Positions 9,855 to 18,153 of a stretch of 55,571 nucleotides of DNA are shown one piece after another. The notes under the pieces were generated by a model. It had not been told where the DNA came from and did no database searches. It saw nothing but the letters and a program-made list of their open reading frames with translations. Positions within the stretch are counted from its first letter, which is position 1, and each line of letters begins with the position of its first letter. Made by a program: the position numbers and the translations under genes. The DNA comes from a virus (taxonomy: Duplodnaviria; Caudoviricetes): positions 1-55,571 of IMG/VR virus record IMGVR_UViG_3300049924_000170, one strand, 5' to 3'.

Positions 9855-10252
9855 AAAATACCATAATTGCACTAATAGTTGGACTACTCTTAGGAGGAGG
9901 TTTAGGTACCTTCTTATTTCCACAAACAAAAGAAAAGATTGTAGAAGTTGAAAAAGAAGTAGTAGTAAAGGATGTTGTGACGGTCACAAAAGTCATCACA
10001 CGCCCTGACGGTACCAAAGAAGAACTGGTAACAGTTACCGACAAGACTAAAGAGAATAAAACTGCTACAAGTACTAAAACTGTAGCTAAATCAACTTGGC
10101 ATGCTTCAGTAGGAGCCAAAACAAAGATTGACAAGTTACAAGTAGACCTATACACTATTCAGATTGAAAAGAGAATTATCGGTGATTTATTCTTAGGAGT
10201 AACTGGGTCAACTGACAAAACTGTTGGATTGACGGTAGGATTGGAGTTTTAA
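9851..10252 (+). CDS. Envelope protein with N-terminal TM and C-terminal beta-strands ending in Phe (spanin-like candidate)
   Basis: N-terminal hydrophobic helix, V/T/K/E-rich stalk, ends TVGLTVGLEF. Confidence 0.55.
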   Translation: MKNTIIALIVGLLLGGGLGTFLFPQTKEKIVEVEKEVVVKDVVTVTKVITRPDGTKEELVTVTDKTKENKTATSTKTVAKSTWHASVGAKTKIDKLQVDLYTIQIEKRIIGDLFLGVTGSTDKTVGLTVGLEF

Positions 10253-10416
10253 TGGAATATTTATATTTAATTAACGGACGCCTTTATACGTTTCGTCCTA
10301 TATATAATACAGATATTGTAAAAGTAAATGGTAGTAAAATAGTAAAGACAATGTCGATTTATAATTACGCGATATTGACAACTCATCCAGAATCTACCTT
10401 TATAGGAGTATTATAA
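10252..10416 (+). CDS. Small hypothetical protein (54 aa, not in ORF track)
   Basis: GGAG RBS, MEYLYLING...FIGVL*. Confidence 0.55.
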   Translation: MEYLYLINGRLYTFRPIYNTDIVKVNGSKIVKTMSIYNYAILTTHPESTFIGVL

Positions 10417-10417
10417 A

Positions 10418-10609
10418 ATGGAAATTCTACTTATAGAAAAATGCACAGGAGATTTAGTAACAGTTAGCGTATGTAAAATACATGATTGGGACGTTAGACA
10501 TTTTGCAATAAGAAGGCAAAGTGGAGTACTTTCTAGAACTCTACCAGAGCCGACAATGAACACACTAATGCTTGAAAACGACACATACGAATTTATAGGA
10601 GTATTATAA
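10418..10609 (+). CDS. Small hypothetical protein
   Basis: AGGAG RBS; ends FIGVL* like the preceding ORF. Confidence 0.6.
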   Translation: MEILLIEKCTGDLVTVSVCKIHDWDVRHFAIRRQSGVLSRTLPEPTMNTLMLENDTYEFIGVL

Positions 10610-10610
10610 C

Positions 10611-10952
10611 ATGCTAGACGTAATTGTATGCTCACCACAAATTGAACTGTTCCGTCAATCAAAGTCGCCTGTTAAGCTTGAAAATTACCAGTTATACCAA
10701 GAAGCTTGGGTTAAATTTTTCGACGCCGTTATGAGTAAGCATGGCCAAGACATGGAGAAGGTGCATAAACTGTTAGAAAAGGGAGAAGCTCGTTTAAACC
10801 GCAAGTACAACGGTAAAGTATTGGTAGATTACCCGTCCACTCCTGAACAGTTAAATGCCTTGTGTGATGAGTATAAAGTGCCCATAATGTTTGCACAACG
10901 TGTAGATGGGAAAGGTATTGTTGGCGTGCTTATGGACGATTACGGCTCTTAA
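10611..10952 (+). CDS. Hypothetical protein
   Basis: AGGAG RBS; last gene of + arm. Confidence 0.65.
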   Translation: MLDVIVCSPQIELFRQSKSPVKLENYQLYQEAWVKFFDAVMSKHGQDMEKVHKLLEKGEARLNRKYNGKVLVDYPSTPEQLNALCDEYKVPIMFAQRVDGKGIVGVLMDDYGS

Positions 10953-11401
10953 GCGCCGGGTAAATTTTTAATCTTTATGACCAGGCTTATTTCATACGAT
11001 TTGCCTGGTTTCTTTCTAGTTATTAACGTGCTAATATACTTGTCATCTATGTTTATGTTTAAACACTTTCGGTCACCAGCACCGTTAAAATCCGGCGTAA
11101 AAACCACATCCAGTAAGGTCTTTGTAATATTACCAACATCCATAGACCGCGCAGAAATCTCCTTCTGCTTATTAAAAAAATCCGGCGTTGTATAGTCTAC
11201 AAATACTGAAAAACAGTGTTTCTTAGGGTCAAAGTTATTTCTTAACATGGACATTGAGAACAGATTTAAGGGATGCTTTAACTGACTGCAAACTTCTGCA
11301 ATCCATTTTTTAGTTTCGGCATTATAGCCCAATCGTTTATCATTGTAGTGGGCTGAATTTATAGAGCTTGCTTTAATAGACAGTCGTATTGTTTGCTTCA
11401 T
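10949..11401 (-). CDS. RusA-like Holliday junction resolvase
   Basis: SIN..Y; DVGNITKTLLDVVF...IDDKYI (DxxNxxKxxxD...DD) pattern. Confidence 0.7.
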   Translation of the reverse strand: MKQTIRLSIKASSINSAHYNDKRLGYNAETKKWIAEVCSQLKHPLNLFSMSMLRNNFDPKKHCFSVFVDYTTPDFFNKQKEISARSMDVGNITKTLLDVVFTPDFNGAGDRKCLNINIDDKYISTLITRKKPGKSYEISLVIKIKNLPGA

Positions 11402-11419
11402 ACTAGAAGCCTACCGTTT

Positions 11420-11662
11420 TTATGTTTTTAAAAACTGAATAATACCGGCAACTGAGGCACAAAACAGTATAAAAGCAATAATTCCATAAGCAGAGTACAT
11501 GAACTTATTCAAAGGAGCTACTTGCTGCTCTAACAACTCTGTTCTAGCCATATGCTGCTTTAAATTCTGTTCCTGCAATATTAGAACTTTCTCCATGTCG
11601 TCTAGCCGCTCATCCAGTACATCTAATTTATCAGTTATGTATAAAAACTCATTTTTTTTCAA
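11420..11662 (-). CDS. Coiled-coil plus C-terminal TM protein (holin/antiholin-like)
   Basis: Heptad N-terminus with single C-terminal TM; next to holin. Confidence 0.5.
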   Translation of the reverse strand: MKKNEFLYITDKLDVLDERLDDMEKVLILQEQNLKQHMARTELLEQQVAPLNKFMYSAYGIIAFILFCASVAGIIQFLKT

Positions 11663-11891
11663 TGTCCGCCTCTAACTCAGTTTTACCCTCAAAGTTTTTC
11701 TGAACTACTTTAGCCCCTAGCCCAAATCCTAAGAAGGTACTGCACAAACCAATTAACTGATTCAAATCTAGTCCCTTGTACATACCGTACACGGCTATAG
11801 AACAGGCTGTAACCACGCATATAGCGCTTAAAAATCGAGTCATACTCACATTTGAATTTTCAGCTAATAAATTAAGAAAAAACTGCTTCAT
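11649..11891 (-). CDS. Putative holin
   Basis: 80 aa, two TM segments, charged C-terminus. Confidence 0.55.
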   Translation of the reverse strand: MKQFFLNLLAENSNVSMTRFLSAICVVTACSIAVYGMYKGLDLNQLIGLCSTFLGFGLGAKVVQKNFEGKTELEADIEKK

Positions 11892-12385
11892 AAAGGTTTC
11901 AATCCGTTGTTATGTAAAATGGTATCTAAATCTGACGGCGTCACATAGTCTAAATTATCAGGAACCTTAACTCCTAATATTCTACAAACTATAGCTGCAA
12001 ATTCACTACAAATAAAGTATTTATCTGCATTATACTGTTTAATTTCAAATTTAATAAGCTTCTTTATAGCTATTAAGAATATTTGCATTTTAGAATACAG
12101 GCTACCCATTTTAGAACCAATAAACGCCAAAGCCTGCTTAAACTGAGCGTCTGTAATAGCTAGTTCATACTGTTTAATTACTATGTTTGACTTTTCAAAT
12201 TCTTGTAAGCTAATTTCATTTACATATCCATGTGAAGCTTGAGCAACCATGTGGCATTGCTTCTCTTCTGAAAAGTAAACAATGTAGGCATGACTGTAGT
12301 CACGCTTTTCCGCCAATTGTATAGCGGCGCTTCCTATTTTAAATATGCTTTTTGATTTTGAAAACCCAACTGTAATCTTTTTCAC
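11888..12385 (-). CDS. Permuted papain-like amidase (YiiX/YebB-like NlpC/P60)
   Basis: YSHAYI (His) precedes FICSEF (Cys); ..VTPSDL. Confidence 0.7.
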   Translation of the reverse strand: MKKITVGFSKSKSIFKIGSAAIQLAEKRDYSHAYIVYFSEEKQCHMVAQASHGYVNEISLQEFEKSNIVIKQYELAITDAQFKQALAFIGSKMGSLYSKMQIFLIAIKKLIKFEIKQYNADKYFICSEFAAIVCRILGVKVPDNLDYVTPSDLDTILHNNGLKPL

Positions 12386-12786
12386 TACACAACCTCATTT
12401 AATATGAAGTTTATACCAACTGTTTTAGAAGATAGAGAAGTATACGTTATTTTTATTTGCATGCCCATGTACAAGTCAGCATCATACTCTGACTTATGCT
12501 CGTAATAGTCTTTAGAAATATTCATAGAAAATGCAAACTGATTTAGATACATATTAGGAACAGTAGTATAAGTACCGGAAACAGAGTCTAATACTTGAAC
12601 ATTGATAGTATCTAAATTCTCTCCAGACACTATTTCTAAACCGGTTATTTTTACCCAACTATAAGGTATGGTATAAACAATAGTATTGGAGCCAGTAGTA
12701 ACGGCACTTTGTATGCCTGATACTCTCTTAAATAGCTTTTTTTGTATTTCTGGCAATTCTTTAGACGCAAAGGCTTGTATTTTCAT
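12385..12786 (-). CDS. Hypothetical virion-region protein
   Basis: Probable start MKIQAF overlapping the upstream stop (TAATG). Confidence 0.6.
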   Translation of the reverse strand: MKIQAFASKELPEIQKKLFKRVSGIQSAVTTGSNTIVYTIPYSWVKITGLEIVSGENLDTINVQVLDSVSGTYTTVPNMYLNQFAFSMNISKDYYEHKSEYDADLYMGMQIKITYTSLSSKTVGINFILNEVV

Positions 12787-13589
12787 TATGGAATCTCCTG
12801 AGTAAAGCACAGCTCGAAATCAAAATTACCCTGTGTTGAATTTGTCAGGCACTTAATAGTTATCCCTTGTCCTGGTCGTAGCGTAATTGTTTTTGCCTCA
12901 ATTTGGTTTTGGAATATGTAGCCCATTTGCTGCTGAGCATGGTCTCCGGCTTCAACGTCTGCAGCACCAGGGCCCCATTCATCAGACGACCACACATATC
13001 TCAACAAATCTGTTGTAGATTCGCCAGACACAGTTCCCGTATACGAGCACAAAATACCAGGACCTAAAGTATCAATAGTATCAAAAGATTGGGGAACTAC
13101 AGCTGTACCCCCTACCAATCCTGTAATTCTTCTCATCCTAAAATCAACAGCAACTCCCGTTACAGCAGCAGTTTGATTATTAATTATTTTTAAATACTGA
13201 ATTTTTAAAACAACTGCTGAAGCTCCCGGATTAAACAAAGCTATCATAGATTTATTTAACGCAGGAGGTACAGTAATTGCCGAAATATTAAAAGCAGGAG
13301 CCCTATATGGTATAGTTCTAACTAGTAAACCTAAATCATTTAAAGAAGGAACATCTGCACGAGCTTGCAATCTTTGTAAATTAGTGCCGTCTCCAGCACC
13401 TATCTGTAAAACGGAAGTAGGGACAGCAGAGCCATTGACCCCCGCTACCTCATTGCCGGCACCATCTCTTATATTAGTATGCAAACCACCGCTAGAAGTA
13501 GTTTGCACAGGAGTCTGTTCGACCCCCGTATTGTCACTACCTACTATTTTTATAGTTCCAGCTGCTTGTATGTCGCTTATGTCCGCCAC
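12786..13589 (-). CDS. Putative tail fibre/spike component
   Basis: GTG start with GGAGG RBS; beta-rich, in tail cluster. Confidence 0.5.
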   Translation of the reverse strand: MADISDIQAAGTIKIVGSDNTGVEQTPVQTTSSGGLHTNIRDGAGNEVAGVNGSAVPTSVLQIGAGDGTNLQRLQARADVPSLNDLGLLVRTIPYRAPAFNISAITVPPALNKSMIALFNPGASAVVLKIQYLKIINNQTAAVTGVAVDFRMRRITGLVGGTAVVPQSFDTIDTLGPGILCSYTGTVSGESTTDLLRYVWSSDEWGPGAADVEAGDHAQQQMGYIFQNQIEAKTITLRPGQGITIKCLTNSTQGNFDFELCFTQEIP

Positions 13590-13620
13590 AGACCCTCCAG
13601 CGGTTAATTAACGGTTAGTA

Positions 13621-14499
13621 TTATACGTATCCGCAAATAGTTGAATAAACGTCTTGAGCCTGGTTATCTCTGTTTGTTCTAACAATTGTTATTGTTTGAC
13701 CAGAAGTAATTGGCAAAGGATTTTGCAATTCAATGCTCATGTTAGTTTCGGCAGTAGAACTAAACTGTGTAAATTTAGGAGAACCATTTACAGAAACAAC
13801 GATTTTCATTTTACCTGAACCAGCAGCTTCAATTTGTGTTAAAAAGAAGTTACCAGTAGCAGTGTAAGTATGAGTAGAACTCGCACCAGCAGCTACAGAA
13901 GCAGCAGTATTGTAATCAGCAACTGAAGTACCGGGAGCAACTATAGATACTAGAGAACCAGATGCGTCAACTTTATCAGTTGCAAATGCTAAATTTCTAA
14001 TGTCTAAGTCAGTAGCCGAAACTGTAATATTCTCAAGAGCAGCTAAAGTAGTAGAACTTAAAGAAACTTCTGAACCTGTAACGTCCACCTTGTCAGTAGC
14101 AAATACTAGATTTCTAATATCCAAATCTGTAGCAGATACAGTTATATTTTCTAAAGCGGCTAATGTAGCAGAGTCTAAAGATACTTCTGAACCCGACACG
14201 TCAACTTTATCTGTAGCAAATACCAAGTTTCTGATATCTAAATCGGTGGCTGAAACCGTAATATTCTCAAGAGCGGCTAGAGTAGTTGCATCTAGGGACA
14301 CCTCTGAACCCGATACGTCTACTTTATCTGTAGCAAATACTAAATCTCTAATATCGAGATTTGTCCCAGTAATATTAGTATTAACACTACCGTCGGCCTC
14401 TATTTTTAATTGGTTTACGCCTAATGAATCAACAACCTTGACGGCTACGTCCCCGGCTGTTTCTGTTCTTATTGGCAAGCTTGAATTGTAATCTGACAT
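13621..14499 (-). CDS. Putative fibre protein with 39-aa tandem repeats
   Basis: ~3.5 copies of LDIRNLVFATDKVDVSGSEVSLDxxTLAALENITVSATD. Confidence 0.6.
   Translation of the reverse strand: MSDYNSSLPIRTETAGDVAVKVVDSLGVNQLKIEADGSVNTNITGTNLDIRDLVFATDKVDVSGSEVSLDATTLAALENITVSATDLDIRNLVFATDKVDVSGSEVSLDSATLAALENITVSATDLDIRNLVFATDKVDVTGSEVSLSSTTLAALENITVSATDLDIRNLAFATDKVDASGSLVSIVAPGTSVADYNTAASVAAGASSTHTYTATGNFFLTQIEAAGSGKMKIVVSVNGSPKFTQFSSTAETNMSIELQNPLPITSGQTITIVRTNRDNQAQDVYSTICGYV
13965..14360. repeat. 117-bp coding tandem repeat (~3.5 copies)
   Basis: actttatctgtagcaaatac at 14204 and 14321 (117 bp apart); peptide repeat visible. Confidence 0.85.
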
Positions 14500-14682
14500 C
14501 TAATTCTCCTTCATTTCTGAAATTTCTTTTTCTAATTTAATTTCTGTATTTTCTTGTGTTTTTATAGCATCTTTTAGTCTGCTAATTTCTACTAATTTTT
14601 CTTCTATTTTCAACTCTAACTCTTCTTTAGCGAGAGTTACTCTCTTTAATTCCATTTGCTTTTTTTTCAGCTCTAAACTCAT
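14500..14682 (-). CDS. Small coiled-coil protein (possible fibre chaperone)
   Basis: K/E/L-rich 60 aa with RBS. Confidence 0.55.
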   Translation of the reverse strand: MSLELKKKQMELKRVTLAKEELELKIEEKLVEISRLKDAIKTQENTEIKLEKEISEMKEN

Positions 14683-14685
14683 ATT

Positions 14686-15318
14686 TTACTCCTCTATAAT
14701 GAATTTTGCGTTAAAGTTTCCTGTACTTGGCCTATCGTGTCTAACTCTAACTAACAAAACGTCAGCAGGCACTAGAGTTATGCCGTTTTCAAAGGTGAAC
14801 GAACAGTTTAAAGAGGTGCCAAAATTACTTCTCTGTTTATCAATAACTGAGCCGTTTAAAAGCACCTCATACTCCGCTATATTGGTTCCCGATACTTGAA
14901 CTGTTTTTAATCTACTACCTAAAGAGACTGTTTTAGACAATATGGTGTTTACAGACCCACTAGATATAGACAATATTTCATTATAATAATTTTTTATAGG
15001 CTTTATAGTAAGTTTTGAGTCTATACTAACAAGAGAAGCTTCTAACCCATCTACATGCGAGTCTATACTAACTAAAGAAACGTTTGCAGCCTGTAATTCT
15101 GTCTCTATGTCCGTAAGTATGCTATTTCCAGCTGTTTGTAAAGCAGCTGTAGAAGCTCCTGCAGGTAACGGTAAAGAAGCAGCGCTAATCGGTATAGGGT
15201 TACCTACATCATTTTTTACTTCTACTTCATTAGTAACAGTCACGGGACCGTTAATAGTCAAAGTAGAGTTTGTAATCTCCGTTAAATTTTTAGGTAATTT
15301 CTTGTAAAAATTAGCCAT
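14686..15318 (-). CDS. Putative fibre/appendage protein
   Basis: NEVEVKNDVGNPIPIS..LPLPAGAST stalk, coiled coil, C-terminal beta-sandwich. Confidence 0.55.
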   Translation of the reverse strand: MANFYKKLPKNLTEITNSTLTINGPVTVTNEVEVKNDVGNPIPISAASLPLPAGASTAALQTAGNSILTDIETELQAANVSLVSIDSHVDGLEASLVSIDSKLTIKPIKNYYNEILSISSGSVNTILSKTVSLGSRLKTVQVSGTNIAEYEVLLNGSVIDKQRSNFGTSLNCSFTFENGITLVPADVLLVRVRHDRPSTGNFNAKFIIEE

Positions 15319-15321
15319 TTA

Positions 15322-15672
15322 TCAACCTTTAGCGTTAAATCGTAAAGTATCTAAGTTAGCGTCTCCAGTAATGACAACTCTAACCCAGTTATAGCCTACG
15401 TCAGATACATCAAAAACCCCTAATCCAGAAGCATTCATAGCAGTTTCAGACTGGTCAATATCAGTCCAATTAACTACTCTATAATCTTCAGGCCTAGTAG
15501 CTTCAGGATATCCTTTATCCATAGAACATTGTAATTTCACAACAGCAGTAGCACTACTAAATCCAATTTGAACGCTGTAGGTACTAGTACGCCCAACATA
15601 CAAAGCTTCAGACTGCCATGTGCCAGAAATAACTGAAGGTGCATTTATAAGTGTGTCATTTGCTGTTCGCAT
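15322..15672 (-). CDS. Small beta-sandwich virion protein (paralogue of 17726-18091)
   Basis: SVQI...KLQCS.D...W.D...YNWVRV pattern. Confidence 0.55.
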   Translation of the reverse strand: MRTANDTLINAPSVISGTWQSEALYVGRTSTYSVQIGFSSATAVVKLQCSMDKGYPEATRPEDYRVVNWTDIDQSETAMNASGLGVFDVSDVGYNWVRVVITGDANLDTLRFNAKG

Positions 15673-15692
15673 ATAGTCCTTTAAAGTTTAAA

Positions 15693-17186
15693 TTAAGAAA
15701 TCTTGCTTATATTTAGAGTACTTCCACCGAAAACAGCTCCGTCGCTAAACAATGTAGCTGAAGTACTGTTCGACGCAAACACTTCAAAATAATCTGTAGC
15801 TACTGCATCACATTGAAAAGAATAACATATTCCAAACTGAGCGCCATTAGGTGCCGCATCATGGGCTTGTCTAATAGGATTTCCATTTTTATATAAAAAT
15901 ACCACAGTCGTTAATAAAGCGCCTGCAGCACTATATAATAAGCAGCCATCAAATTTATAAACTCCTGCAAAACCAGCAGGTACAGTAAATCTAAAATTAG
16001 TAACTTCATCAAAAGCTGTAGAAGACCCTGCAGACTTTGCGTTAAACTGTATTTTAGTTGCGGATGTCCCAATAGTTTGATTTGTAGTAGCTCTACGCGC
16101 CTCCACATTTATAGAATCATTTTTCCAACTTAATACACCAGCAGTGGTGGCAGTTAGATAGGCCCCATTTGCAGTAGGAATTGCAGAAGGTACTGTGTAG
16201 TCTAAAGAAGCCCCAGAAGCAGGTGGCTTTACCCCAATAGTAGAAAGCCCATCGTCCGTTGTCAATCTTAACAGTTTAGAAGTTGCAAATTGCAGGCCAT
16301 TATTAAACCAAGAGACGACGTTAGAACCGTTAAACTGTAAGGCTCTATTAGACACGTCAATTTGAGCCCCATTTGCCGAACTAATTTTATCCGCAAATAA
16401 GTTTGACCATAATAAGGAAACACTACCTAATACTCTAGTTAATGTAGAACTAGGAAGTAAATCTTGATTTATAGAAGTAGTTACTAAGTTGTTTAAATTT
16501 GTATCGGCCTTATTAGCTACAGCAGAAGCATCGGCTTTTAAAGCCAGTGCGTCAAAAACTGCATTTTGGGAAGGGGCAACATCAGTTACCCCATCAACAA
16601 TTGCATCTGAAACAGTTGCTGTCTTTGCACGTGCATTTGTAAAATATAAATTAGTAATACCTTCTGTTAAATCATCACTAGTCTTTGTATTAAACTGAGT
16701 TGTAAATCGACCATTTGTAAAGTAAAGATTTGTGCCTTCAGGAATGTTGGTAGTAGTTAAACTAACAGCTCCAGTAAGACCATTTACGCTCACAACCTCA
16801 TTACTGTTTGTACTTTTATCCCAAACAGAGCCATCATATACAACCCAGTCTCCGACATTAAAAGTTTGATTTCCAGACCCCAGATTTTGAGTACCGGCTA
16901 CATTTACTTCGTAAAACCAACCGGCTGTACCAGTTCCGTCAGCTAAGGTAGGACTATTTGTAGATGCGTTCCACATTCCTTTGTAAGTAAGGTAGCCTCC
17001 AGGAATATAGGCAGAAGGAATCTTGTTTCCGTTGTCTAAAGGCGCATACCCATTTGCTACACCTTTTTCCGATAATAATTGATATGCAGCTAATGCAGCT
17101 GTTTCAACTAATCCTGACACGTCTTGCAAAGTGTCAAAATTACCAGTAAATGGGTTAAATGTAATTTTTGGTTTATCAGCAGCCAT
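15693..17186 (-). CDS. Tail fibre / receptor-binding protein with C1q-like C-terminal head
   Basis: KGVANGYAPLD, YKGMWNASTNSP, VVSVNGLTGAV and EGTNLYFT repeats; F...FRFTVP..GVYKF head. Confidence 0.75.
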   Translation of the reverse strand: MAADKPKITFNPFTGNFDTLQDVSGLVETAALAAYQLLSEKGVANGYAPLDNGNKIPSAYIPGGYLTYKGMWNASTNSPTLADGTGTAGWFYEVNVAGTQNLGSGNQTFNVGDWVVYDGSVWDKSTNSNEVVSVNGLTGAVSLTTTNIPEGTNLYFTNGRFTTQFNTKTSDDLTEGITNLYFTNARAKTATVSDAIVDGVTDVAPSQNAVFDALALKADASAVANKADTNLNNLVTTSINQDLLPSSTLTRVLGSVSLLWSNLFADKISSANGAQIDVSNRALQFNGSNVVSWFNNGLQFATSKLLRLTTDDGLSTIGVKPPASGASLDYTVPSAIPTANGAYLTATTAGVLSWKNDSINVEARRATTNQTIGTSATKIQFNAKSAGSSTAFDEVTNFRFTVPAGFAGVYKFDGCLLYSAAGALLTTVVFLYKNGNPIRQAHDAAPNGAQFGICYSFQCDAVATDYFEVFASNSTSATLFSDGAVFGGSTLNISKIS

Positions 17187-17187
17187 A

Positions 17188-17724
17188 TTAAGACCTCGTT
17201 ACAGAAGTTAATCTGTCAGAACCGTCGTATCCAAGAGTTAAAGTAGCAACAACAGTACCTGCAGCGCCGCCAATTTTATAAACAACTGTCAATATTTTAG
17301 TAGTTGCTCCTACATACGACAATGAAATGTAGTCAAAAGGCTCAGTAACAAGCGCAGAAGCCGATTTCAGCTTTTGAGCTAAAGTATCTGCCTCAATATT
17401 ATTAAGACTTGTGTCCATACTGTCTAAAGTACTCTGGGCCTGGCCCTGATAGCCTTCAATTTGGTCTACATATCCAGCAATAGCAGTTAAAGTACTTTCA
17501 ATGTTATCAGTGTTATTGTTTATAGCAGTTAGCTGTGTATTTGATGCAGCTACCAGTGTCTCTAAGCCATCAACATTAATGTTTATGCTTTCGACGTCTA
17601 TTTCTAGGTTATTAATTTCAGTAACAATGTTTTGGAGTTCTGTCAACTGAGCTGTTTGTAAAGCAGATGTAGCTAAACCGGTTTTATCAAGAGTTACAGG
17701 AGGAAATATAAATAAAGCAGCCAT
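17188..17724 (-). CDS. Coiled-coil fibre/adaptor protein
   Basis: Heptad region, then DYISLSY...VVATLTLGYDG..LTSVTRS. Confidence 0.55.
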   Translation of the reverse strand: MAALFIFPPVTLDKTGLATSALQTAQLTELQNIVTEINNLEIDVESININVDGLETLVAASNTQLTAINNNTDNIESTLTAIAGYVDQIEGYQGQAQSTLDSMDTSLNNIEADTLAQKLKSASALVTEPFDYISLSYVGATTKILTVVYKIGGAAGTVVATLTLGYDGSDRLTSVTRS

Positions 17725-17725
17725 A

Positions 17726-18091
17726 TTATGCTCCCTTAGCTTTCATAAGTAAATAGGCAGAAACAGTACCTGAACCGGCGCTAGGCTCCCAAATAAGACG
17801 TATTTCTTTAAATGGCAATTCGTTAAAAACGATTTGAACATCTGTTTCAGCTGTAATAGTTAATGGAGAACCAAAATTAACATCATACCAAGTGTTTAAT
17901 ATGTCCTCTGCAGGCAATAAGTCTCTATTTCTAGCTTGTACTCTGAAAGTACCAGAATTAGCAGCGCTAAACTTTACATGATACGAAGCTGTGTCGGTAT
18001 TTTCAACATTTGTTGGCTGTGATTGTGTTTGAGTAGCAGCGGCACTTAGTGCATTAAAAGCTGTATATTTGACTACCGGTCGTCTAGACAT
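17726..18091 (-). CDS. Small beta-sandwich virion protein
   Basis: SYHV..SGTFRVQ...WYD...FKEIRL; GGGG RBS. Confidence 0.55.
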   Translation of the reverse strand: MSRRPVVKYTAFNALSAAATQTQSQPTNVENTDTASYHVKFSAANSGTFRVQARNRDLLPAEDILNTWYDVNFGSPLTITAETDVQIVFNELPFKEIRLIWEPSAGSGTVSAYLLMKAKGA

Positions 18092-18153
18092 TAAAACCCC
18101 CTTATGAGCATGGCACTTTTGGTACCAGGTCTATACAGAGGTTTTATCGTTTT

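Noticed and set aside
13965-14360. Diversity-generating retroelement TR/VR pair
   Set aside because: Repeats are in-frame tandem with mostly synonymous, non-adenine-specific changes; no reverse transcriptase in the genome
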